DNA of 64,000 nt, taken from Vicugna vicugna (lineage: Eukaryota). Positions within the stretch are counted from its first letter, which is position 1. Every line of letters begins with the position of its first letter. Shown here in pieces: positions 13,701-25,319 of this stretch. Under the pieces are notes generated by a model, which worked only from the letters and a program-made list of their open reading frames with translations, did not search any database and was not told where the DNA came from. The position numbers were made by a program, and so were the translations under genes. Location: positions 9,444,184 through 9,508,183 of the forward strand of contig MU058844.1 of NCBI GenBank assembly GCA_013265495.1, in the 5' to 3' direction.

Positions 13701-14697
13701 ATTTGTCTTACATGACCACTAGCCTGAATAAAAATGGCAATCACTATGGACTAATACTGACATGGTGCTAAAAATCTAGGGCGGGAAAGTTGTCCAAAAA
13801 AAGGCTTGAAGTAAGTAGAGAAGATTCCTCTCATCTGATAATATAATTTCCACAGGCTCAGTAACATGTTCTAGTTTTTTCTCCAGGCTTTGCCTCTAAT
13901 TTTAAAACTGGTGTTAATAGTAATTAGAACTGGCATAAATGACACAGTGTAGGCACCTCCGTTTTAATCTCTGTAGCCCCTCTCTGTCCTCATCTAGTTC
14001 ATTTTCTTCAAAACATTTTGACTAAATGAACATATTATCATTATTTCAAAACTTATCTTGGAATGAAGAGGTTTCCTCACTCATTCCTTAAAACCTCCCC
14101 TAATGAACACCTTATTCTTGATATAGTAGCAGAATTTTTGTTATATCCTGTCCATAACAAAACCTCTCATCTTTCTCCCGCATTATTTCATTGTTCTTTT
14201 TATACTACCTAGAGATAAGATAAGCTACTGCAGTTAGTAGAGTTCACAAAAGAGCAGAGAGTTATTTGAGGATATATATACAGTGACATTTTAGGAAAGC
14301 TGTGAGGTGTTAAGAAAACTGAGTCCTCAGAATTTCAGACTTAGGCCACCACATAATTTCCTTTGTATACTAGCAATACTTCTGTAGCCAGAATCAAAAT
14401 CCTCAAAAAAGTAATTTTTTTCATATCTTCCATTATGGATGATGAAGAAATTGGCATTGACTATTATCCAGCCAAACAACCAAGCCATAGTTTGGTGTGA
14501 AGACCTATCAGTGTGACCTCAGAGTGAATCTGTTCTCTTCATACATGACTAGAACATCATCAGCTGATAGGGATAATTTTGACTTCCTGTTATTAAATCT
14601 ATTTAGAACTTGTAATCATTTTTCTGTAATAAATTTTAATACACTATTTCAGGAAGAACCTCATTTCACCTTCTTGCTCAGAAAGCTTTAATGGCCT

Positions 14698-14779
14698 TTT
14701 GAATAAATTCTAAACTCTTTTAATAGTCTTCTGAATAAATTCTAAACTCCTTAAACTTCTGAATAAATTCTTTAACTCC
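14698..14779. repeat. Three imperfect tandem copies of TGAATAAATTCTAAACTC
   Basis: Directly visible; spacing about 27-33 bp. Confidence 0.75.
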
Positions 14780-16189
14780 CAAAGCCCCTTACATTCCCCT
14801 TCCCTATCAGCTTCTTTCTGATCTTAATATTTTGCTACTTCCTTCATGTCTTCCATGTTCCAGTCAAGTGAACTGTTTCAATAAGAACAAACATGCCATT
14901 GCTTCTTGACTTCATACGTTCCGTTCAGTTCAGCTGAAATGTCCGTTCAATTCTACCTCCATCTAAAAAAACCCTCATGTTTTTAAGGACCTAGCATAAA
15001 AGCCATCTCTGCCTAGCACAATGCCTTTCATGTTCCATGTAATCCTTTGTTCGTATATTTTAACGTTGTGTCATTTACCAAACCCTACCTTTTTCTGGAG
15101 ATAATTATGACTGCTATATGTTCCTGTAGAGCAAGGGCCACATTTTATCTACCCTTTTCTTGTAAATCTCCATAGAACATAGTAGAACAAATATCTTGTA
15201 CCAAATTAAGCAATCAATAAATATAGTTGAACTAATTTTTCACTTTAAAATGCATTTAAATGAAGTTTATCTTGTAGGAAAAAAAATGATTCTTTTACTC
15301 ATTCTTTCATTCGCTAATGTTTATTGAGCATTGTTTTTATGGCAAGCAATGGATATAGGGTATATAGTTTGCAAACCAAACATTGTCTCTCTGCTCATGA
15401 AGTTAACAATCTAGTGTTATAACCTAGTGTAATATAAAAAGCGCTAAACTGATTGTCACTTGAGTTTGAGTCTGAGCCCCATTCCTCACTAGCTGGGAAA
15501 AGTTGGGCAGTTGATATAATCTCTCTGGATCTCGTTTTCCACTGCTGGTTCAATTTTTGTTCTTTAACATCCTTTATGGCTCAAAAATATCATTATATTT
15601 TATTTTTACTCTGGAGGAACACATTTGGGTGAGTGCAACATGTTCAGTAATACTTATGTCAATATCAGTGCTGTCTTTTTGTTAGAATTAAGTTGTTTTC
15701 TCTCTATTTGAACCAAATACAGTAACAGCATGTGTGGGTATTTTACTGACTAATATCAAATAGTCATAAAAAATAGAAATCAGCTTCAAAAAATATTTTA
15801 GGAGACCTAAGATTATTTACAAAAATGTCAGTAATAAATATAGGGTTAATGTGTATTGCTTTTGACAAATGATGGCCATACTGAAAAATCCTGGCCAGGA
15901 AGTTTCCAGGAGTCATGAGTGTATCATCTGTGTTCACTCAGTCAGGCAGTTATGATGGAAATGGTAACTTTCCTAAATCAATTCTGTGCTTTAAGAAGAA
16001 ACAATAGCTAGACTATAGAGTGTTATGATTTATTGTAAACAGTATTAAAGAGAGTACTTCACAAAGTCATTCACAGAGTCCACAGTTAGACATTTAAAGG
16101 ACTTGAAAGCAGAAGAACTTACGTGACTGAGACAGTATCAATCAACTCTGTAGAAAACCCCTCCAGGACTGACTAACCCTGGACCTTAG

Positions 16190-16810
16190 CCCACTTTTAT
16201 CAACTCTGTGAAATAGCTATTGCTAATACTCTCTGCTCTTCTCAGACCCACTCTGAGTCTTAGCAGACAGCCTTGCTGCCTACATCACTGAAATAATAAG
16301 CCTTCCAGTGGTAACTCCCTCAGTCTCCTCTTGCATTCTACAAACTGATCTGCAACGGTGTCCATGCTCTCATCTTCTGGCTCCACGGAAGGAATTATCT
16401 TCCTCTCACCATGTCCTATCCCGCCAGCTTTTCCCCAGATGCCTCTGGTTCCCTCTCTCTTTTTTGGTACCCATATGCCATCTATCATTGCTTCTCCTGT
16501 TTCTTCAACCCTCCATCTCGGCTAGTATTTAAACATGCTCAAGTCTCTTCTTAAGCACATCATAAATGTTCCATTTTTGAGAAGTCATTTCTGAATCCCC
16601 CAGACTGGTTTAGGTTACAGGTGCCCATTGTACCATGTATTTTCCTTAACAGCATTTATAATTATTTTAATTGAGAAATATTTCTACCAACACCAGCAAT
16701 TCCAGTAGGGTGCTGGTGGTCTTGAATACTGCTTTATCTTCAGTGCTTAGCACAGTGCTTGGTGCACAGTAGCCACTTGAAATGAAACGATAGAATGAAT
16801 GAATGAATGT
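16190..16810 (+). mobile_element. L2 fragment ending in a (GAAT)n tail, followed by a (CT)n/(CA)n microsatellite to about 16868
   Basis: CTTAGCACAGTGCTTGGTGCACAGTAG...GAATGAATGAATG L2 3' end. Confidence 0.65.
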
Positions 16811-18364
16811 ATTTTCTCTCTCTCTCTCTATCTCACTGTCTGACACACACACACAAACACACACACACTTCTGACGCAAATGGCTTTCCTCACTACTAGT
16901 AATAAAATTTCCTCCTAAGCTTTCAAAAAAAGCACCAGTAAGATGATTTTTTTAATACTTGAGGAGTGGTACAGGAAGAAGTCATAGAGAGAGAGAGGAA
17001 AGGAGCTCATGACGGTCGTCCCGGACCCCTGTGCACTGCTGAGTATGCACAGCCATCCAGTATCCCCCGGGAGGACTTCACCTGCCTTCTCCAGGGGTCA
17101 GAGGAGGCAAGCTCCTTGGATGCAGCCACTGCCTATTAACGGTACAGAGAAACATTATGCCTTTCATTAAAACTCTATATCCATCTTTTTGATCTCTTTA
17201 TCACTTAATTGTTATAATATATGCTAACAATTCATTTGCAGAGTTCAAAACTGGCTTCAGCATAGAAATTCCAAAATGAACATTTGTGTGCATGCACACA
17301 CACACGCACACACACTGTTAAAAGTAAAAACCAAGCAGAAATTAAAATACAAATACTAGTAGTCTTTTGGGATAGAGATGATTTTTATGACTTGATGTGA
17401 ATACAGATTTGAGACTGAGTGTAGTTGCAGTAAAGATATGACCAGTAGAGAGCGCTACATGCCCTAAGATTTAAATATTCTTTTGACTACTAACTAGTGA
17501 CAACACTTAATGAAAGAATAGTATTTCTCATTTTAAATTTTACTTAGAGTTCTCTCCAATTAGTAAATCGATGCATCACTTTTTTTGAAAAATAAACATT
17601 TTGTGTTTTCATTGTGTTCCTGTCTCTTCGTTTGGTAGAAATAAAATCTTCAATAAAACAAATATCTGAAAGTGGATTTTTTAAGGCTCTTAACTTTTAA
17701 CTTGCTTTAGACAAATACACTGTTAGCTTCTTAGTTGAAAGTTGTGGTCATCATCAGCAATTTACCAGATCGTTGGACAGTGCATCATCATATCACATAT
17801 GTTAAATAGAAAAAGAAATAGTAATCAATCTGTGGCAACTAATTTTTAAAATTTTGGCATCTTAAGTTTTAGAAATTCAATTAAATATGACATTTCAATA
17901 GATGAGAGGTATCAACTGGCATATGAGAGGATGCATAAATGAAGCAGGAATTAAACGGTCACAGGTGTTATAATCTGAAAGCATGTCATTGAAAATGGCA
18001 AATGGCCACTGTAACACTGGATTATACAGCACAGAGCCATAACTGAGTGGAATTCATGCTCATAAAGATGATATAAACAAGAAAGATTTTCATTCTTAAC
18101 AGTGTTTGAGACAGCAGAAACCTAGAAACAACCTGAGAGTTCATCTGTAAGAGATGATTTCAACAGTGTTTTGAAAAAGGATTATGTATAAAATATATTG
18201 ATATGAAGTGATTGTATCACTAGATAAAATAATCAAGGTGTATAGTATAATGCTGTGTGAGTTTTTAAAAAAATATGTGAACATGTGTGTATGTGTGTGT
18301 ATACACATGTATATGTATATATACACTTTCTGAGAGACAACACCAAATAAAAAAATCCCTGGTT

Positions 18365-18491
18365 CACAGTGAAAAAGAATGTTACAATGAATGTATGTAT
18401 GTTCATGTATAACTGAAAAATTGTACTCAACACTGGAAATTGACACAACATGGTAAACTGACTATAACTCAATTTAAAAAAAAAAGTTTAA
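18365..18491 (+). mobile_element. Young, short L1 3'-end insertion with 16-bp TSD and poly(A)
   Basis: AAAAAAATCCCTGGTT at 18349-18364 and 18492-18507; body GAAATTGACACAACATGGTAAACTGACTATAACTCAAT followed by an A-tail. Confidence 0.88.
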
Positions 18492-18938
18492 AAAAAAATC
18501 CCTGGTTAACATTGGTTACTTCTGGTGAATGAGCTTTTGTAATACCCACTGAGAATCGTTTTCCCTGTGCATTGTCTTACACTTAAAATTTCAAAACAAG
18601 ATTCCCCATTAAAAAGAAAATGTGTAAACTGGAGAAAAGATTTAATAGAATAGTTGACTTGCTTGTCCCAGATTAAAAATGGCACAGATTTGTTTCCTTT
18701 TCTCCGTTTATTTGAGACTACTTTGATTTGGCTTGTTTTGCCACTGCTGATCAATGCAGAATTCCAGGTGACAGGAACCTGAAGATACTTAGAATTACAA
18801 CCTTTTTCATTTTCCTTGGGTTCTCTCCTATTTATTTATTTATTCATTTATTTATTATTGAAGTAGAGTTGATCTACAATGTTGTGTTGTCTTGGGTTTT
18901 TTTTTTTCCTAATTTATTCTAGTTAAACCTTTGAGGCC

Positions 18939-19006
18939 AAAATAAAGACATCATTGGGTTTATTATGCAAGTAAAATAAAGACATCATTGGGTTTATTAT
19001 GCAAGT
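18939..19006. repeat. Perfect 34-bp tandem duplication
   Basis: AAAATAAAGACATCATTGGGTTTATTATGCAAGT at 18939-18972 and 18973-19006. Confidence 0.95.
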
Positions 19007-20374
19007 AAAGCAAGAATTAAAATTAGGAAATCTTTTAAAGAGGAAATTTCTTGGAGACACTATATTTCAGGAAGCAGATCTACCTTGCACAGCTGTAGAC
19101 TCAGGGAACAGCACAATACGATTATAAGCATCAGAGAGATCTACTTACATTGGCAAGGAGATAGGGGTTCATCTAGGACCAGAAAATCAGGGGAGGCAGA
19201 GGTGCTGAGAGTGAGGCACTGAGTTTAGAAGAGCATAATTTGTTCCTATTGAAAAGATACTTTATGCTTTAAGATACTTTATGCTTCAGGTTGGGCCCAG
19301 AAAGATCATATTGAAATGCAAACCAATTAAGCTAGTAGTAATTTTTGCTTTAAATTAGAGCACTAGAGGATAAAAACAAGAGTTTATAACTCTCTTCTGA
19401 ATGTGCTGTCCATGCGAATGATGTATTTTGCTCCCAAACTTGCTAATTACTGGCTGTATGGCCCTCAGCACACCTACAGTAAATTCTGTTAGTGCCTCAA
19501 TTACTCTATTGTGTCACAATCTGGGAAGAATTTGAAGGCCTTTTCATCCGTGTCTCCCTAACATCCTTAATTAATTCCACAGTACCAGAATTCGAGAGAA
19601 ATAAATAAGTTGGCCTGGATTAAGGGGAAAAAATGAAAGTCAGGAATTAAGGTGCTTTTCAGGAGAAAGCCATTTAAATCATATTTTAAATGAAGCTAAA
19701 GTCTAAAACAAATAACCCTTGACCATCATTAGTGTGCTTCTCAAGGATCAAGGTAACAGAGTTCTCACTTTACCATGAAAAGATTTCTTAGCAACATAGG
19801 CACCCAATTATAATAATCATGTCCTTCCTTTTCTTTAGTTTCTCATGAAATCTCTTAGAAGATCTTGGTCCATTTGGTTAGCAATCTTTTGATTCAAAAT
19901 TGCAAAGAGTAGCTTTCTGCTCAGAGGTGTGACATTTTGTTATCTACGTGCAGAAAAGAAAATCTCTCTCCAGTTTCCTCTAAAAGTGAATGTAAACTAT
20001 CTCCAGAAAGCATTCACAGACTCTAGACTTTCCTTTTATTTTGTATGCTTTTAACACATACAGATTTACAGCATCATTCTTGTGATACATCATTGTGTAA
20101 TTCATTCTATGCCTTTTCATTGATGCTTCTATCTCCTTCTCAAAATGTTTTGTAAACTCCTCAAAAATAATATGACTGTTTCCTGCTTCTTCTAATTCCA
20201 TCCCAGGTCCAGCGTCCTAGTCAGTACTCCAACAAATACAGTGTAGTTTTCTTATTTGAAAAAACAAAGTTTCTATCAAATACAATGTGACTTATTTTCT
20301 GACCGTTCTAATGTTGCTTGCTCGCTGCTGCATATTTCATCACAACTTCCTATTTTATTTTCTTTGTGGACTTT

Positions 20375-20575
20375 GTGATATGCTGGTAAATGTTCAACAA
20401 CTGGCTTTTCAGAGGAAAAATAAAACTTTCATATGTAGTATTTGCCAGTACCCATCGTGTAAATACTCCCACCATAGCCAATCCGAAGATAACAACGTGA
20501 TGTCACTAAAAGTGATGCTGGGGCAAGATGCACATAGTTGGGTCTCACATAACAGTGTGAACAGCTTTGGTATAT
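20375..20575 (-). mobile_element. MER63-like hAT DNA transposon relic
   Basis: TGCTGGTAAATGTTCAACAACTGGC...GTGTAAATACTCCCACCATAGCCA; reverse-similar to the element at 54621-54830. Confidence 0.6.
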
Positions 20576-23500
20576 CACTGTTGGAGGTTCTTACCACTAC
20601 CTAAGATTACCTGATTTATTATTTGTGTTTTGTCTGTCTCCCTTCATAAAAACTAAGCTCTATAGAAAAGGCGCTCCCTCCATGTTTACCACTGAACATA
20701 GAACCTTGCCTGGCATACAGCAGGTGCACCACAAATACTTGTTGGAAAAGATATAATTGCAGACTTAAAATTGATTATACTAAAATTTTTAAGATGCAAT
20801 GGTAATAAAAATATTTAATGTAAAAACCATTAAAGTTTGTGGGTTTTAAAAGTTCAGAAATATCTCCTGAGTAGACGTGAGAAAGAGATGAGCCCAGTAC
20901 CACTTTTAAAAATCATTTTATCTTGCCTCTCTTGTTTTTATCAGGCTTCCCCAATGGTGTAAATATGAGGTTGGAGTGCATAAAGAAAAAGAAGAAAATC
21001 ATAAGCTTTGAATTTAAAATTTCATTCTATAAAGATCAATCATAACTTCCAACTGTGAAAATAGAAAAGTGTTCATTTCAAAGTGAAACAAAAACATCAT
21101 TTTACATTCTATTAGTTAAATCAGCATAAATAAAACACTCTAGTACCAGAAAGACTTTGCACTTATTATATGTGCAATTGCCTATGGCAGAACTATAGCA
21201 AACGTTAATTATTATACTTACTGTTTGCATGATAACTGGTAATGTAAAAAAAATGCAAATAAGACCCTTCAAGTGAGGATTCATTATTCAGATTTCAGAT
21301 TTCTTTCTCTCAAATTTTTCAGAAATTTATTTTGAAAGTAATAAAAAATAATTAAAATTGACATTTTATGTTTTTAGTTCATCTTCAATTTTCTAACATC
21401 CAACTCTGAATTGGTAAGTCTTCATTTCATTCTGATGTTAGTAATTTTGAACGTAGATGCTACGACACAATGTTTTCTTCTTAGCCTAGATCGTCTTTGT
21501 CCATTTCATTGTGTGATGTGTGCAGAGCAATTCATAAAAGGTTCATTACATTTCTGTTAATTACATTATCTTTCACAGCCTGACTCTCAATGGCCCTCTT
21601 TAGGCTTGTTTTTCCTGTGCTCCAAATTGAACTGCCTATTTTGCCCAAACACCCACCGTGTCTGCTCTCCCATCCCTGGCTTTGCTCTCCTGCTTCTCAG
21701 AATGCCCTTTTCCCTTATCTCTGTCTTTTGTAATCCTGGCATTATTCTAGACTCAATTCAGTCCTCAAATTATTCATTCTTTGCACAACACTTAGTCACT
21801 AAATGATCTCTTTCTTGTTTGTCAGTTTGTTTATTGTCTTTCTCTCTCGTGTGGACTATAAGCCAAGTAAGAACAGGGCTTTTTCTTGTTCACGGCAATA
21901 TTCTAGTGCCTAGAACAGCGTCTGGGATACAGGAAGCACAGTATTTGTTGAATGAACAGACAAATAATTAATTACCAAAACAAGTCTAAGATACTCAGAT
22001 ATTTTACCATGGATGTGTTTGTCACTAGGTTTAAAAAAAAATCTAAGAATAAAATTAACATAGTAAGAGTCTCTATGATTATTCAGAAAACCCACATTTA
22101 TATTTCAAAGTATAGGGTGGAACTTCATTTTAATCTAGTGCTATTTTGACAAAGCTGTGAGAATTAAAGAAGATAACGTGATACCTTGAATCAGTCAAAA
22201 ATAATTTCTAACACCCAAGGCTGAAAGAATTCCAGTTTGAAGGTGCTATTTTCCTCATATGAAACTACTTATTATACTCCACTTATAATCTAACTAAACA
22301 CATTTTCTTGGTATGCTAATGCTTTATGCAAACCTTCTCTTGATTTTTGTCATATAATTCACAAAGATTCAATTAAGTGAAACAGACCTTAACGTAATTT
22401 CAAATGAAATTTTTAAGAAGAACAGATTTTACATTCAAAGTAGGTAGTCATTTTAATATTAACCTGTATTTATATAAAATGGACCCAGTATCATAGTTTT
22501 TTTTCTCCTTTGACCTAAGTTTCTTCCATGCGTTTCTCTCTTCAAGTATATCTCAAGCATAAAAAAAGATAAAGGATATATATATGGAACTCTGAAATAA
22601 AAGGCCTGAAATCACTAAATCTTGAGTAACACAAAATGAGGTATGTCTCTTAGGTGAAAGTACAGGGGCTCTTGAATACAGGTGCTACTATTTTTAAGCC
22701 AGTTGCTTAAACTTTTTGAGTCTCAATTTACATATCTATAAAATGGGTAACAAGAGAAACCAATCTAGCACCAAGCCTAGCACATATAAATTGCTCTGTA
22801 AGTATTTACTGAATTAATGAATTCTTTTAAAAACAAAGGTACCAAGACTAAATTACTATATATCATTTAATGAAAAATTGCATTGGTTGTGTAACCAAAT
22901 AGCTACAAGTATAATAACAGGTGTTTTTAACAATTCTCTGACTGATACACGATCAGCAAAGCAACACACATATGAATAGATCAAGTATATTGACCTTGAT
23001 GAAACATTGTGGTTGGTACAGGAGTTCAGGCTGTTATTCAAGAGACATAAGGATAGTCATATCTACCAAAGCAAAAGAAGAGATTAAGGACATTTTCTTA
23101 TGTTTTTGCATGTCTCAAGTAGAAATTCACAAATGTATTTGGAGAGACAGTAGTTTGTTATTCATACTTCATTTTAAAAAATTGAACAGGTAATGTATTA
23201 TTACTCCTTTTCTACACCTGTACAGACATAAGCTAAAGACATGGAACTTACCACTACTAGAAATAATAACTGATGAATATGTAGTGATTTGTGCTTTCTC
23301 TCTCAATCCTTACAAAAACCCTACAACACAAAGGGAGTTAACACAGAGGGAGAATGGTAGAGTAGATTTTCAATTAGGGAGCTCAAAGCGTAAGTCCAGA
23401 AACATGCTATTAAATGTTTGGTGCTGGGGATACACCAGGAGACAAAAAGACAAAAACCGTACCTTCACGGACCTCACTACCTGGGATTTGTGTTGAAATC

Positions 23501-24862
23501 ATGGCTTTTAGATGTATGAATCAAATCACTCCAATACATATTCATAACAAAGTATGTTGTTAAGAACTACATTAGTGGCCAAGAGATTTGTATGTTCTTT
23601 TTATCCTCAAATACTGAATGAGGTTTGATAGTTTGTGCAAAACCTTGGCACATACTCTGCTGTTATTGTGCACAATTCAACTTCTCCCTGTTGTTTAATT
23701 TAGGGGATGTGAATAACTATAATCAACCAGAATTGTGGCTTCTTCCTCACTCCCACAGCACTTCCTTTCTACGGTGCTTAGAGCACTTACCGCTCTTAGT
23801 CTTGCTCAGACCTTGCTCATATTCTCATGGCCTGTTCATTATTTGTCTCCCAACTTGTACTGAGCACTATCCAGAAAAAAGGCCATGCTACATTTATCTT
23901 TGGATGGGATGTGTGTTTGTAATATGAATACACCTGTATTCATATAAAAGCACATGCATGTGCATGATCTCATCAGACCCTCACAAAACTCGGTAAGATT
24001 GCAGGGTAGAATTAGTTCTCATATTTTAAAGACACTCAATGAGATTGAAAATTATGAATGCCCTTGTTTGATAGATGAAGAAACTGGGGAATTGGTGAGA
24101 GAATGATTTCTGGAGAGCACATAACTAAGACTTGAATTTCAAGATCGGGGTTCTTTCTAAAACACTAAATGAAAATATTGAGTTATTATTTTAGGTATGT
24201 CTTTATGGTCTGTTAGGGTGTTCGGCCAGTCATTTTTGACTTTCTCAAATCATTGGTGAAATCTTTGTTTGTTTTTTCAAATGTAAACCATGAGATGGAA
24301 AAGATCTTCAGAAAGCATCCATATGGTAACCAGAAGACAATGACATAGATTATATGCAAATATATTTCTGTAAAACAGTGTTTGTCTTTAAGAGTATATT
24401 GCTAGCCAAAATAATTCTGCTCTGTCATAGGGAAGGGGAAGGGGATGGAGGAAGCTTTGTCATTTCCAGTCCCAAACCCAAAGTCATCATCATTCTGCTT
24501 ATATAAGATTTCTATATGCTTCTTAATTTCCTGATCAAGAAATGAGAGTCCCTACAGTGGCAAGATAGTGAAAGCAGTCTGTTGGGGTGAAGGGGTCTCA
24601 GCCAATATCTGAAGAGTCTAGTAACTGCACCTTGATCAACTGACTCTGAAGTCACCCTTTTAATATCATCTCAGCAGATTCAGGCTACTGGAAAGCAGGG
24701 ACTGTACTGAATCCCTTAAGTCAGGCAGTGGCCCCCTTCAATTTCTGTCACATATGTTAATCAGTAAGTGGCAACTCTGAGTAACCACTGACTGTATCTA
24801 TCAACCTGGAAAAGTGCTAGGGACATGTTTTTCAAACTTGGTGATAGAAACTTCTCTTTATG

Positions 24863-24900
24863 TTTGTTTGTTTATTTATTTATTTATTTATTTATTTATT
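24863..24900. repeat. (TTTG)n/(TTTA)n microsatellite about 0.7 kb upstream of the LIN7A ATG
   Basis: Directly visible. Confidence 0.9.
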
Positions 24901-25319
24901 CTTTTTCTCTTTGTGATTTTTAATTTAAAGCCATTTTTAAGAAGTTTGCTTTTAAGGGAAGTTATTTTCTAGGCAATATACCCAAGTTCTTACTGGAGAC
25001 CTAGTGATGGAACCTTGGCCTTAAGTCAGTTATCTTGTGTACAGTTACAAGTCAACATTCCAAAATAAACTTTAACAGAAATTAACAGCAACTGCAATTA
25101 AATCCCAACATTTCTGAACTAGAAGCATTTTCTCTCTAGGGGATGGGATTACTGGGTTGACCAATACCCTTTATCTGAAAAGAAAAAAAAAAACCATCTC
25201 TTCATCTCTCGCTCCCGTATCCCCTTTTATTTGTCTCCCTTCCCCCAGACATACGTATACTCTGACCATTTTATTTGAGTGGAAAGTTGAAAGAAAGCAA
25301 CACACCAGCTATACCCATC

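Noticed and set aside
14698..14779. Spaced direct repeats superficially like a CRISPR array
   Set aside because: Mammalian context, only three degenerate copies with 10-15 nt gaps, no cas genes; simple slippage duplication.
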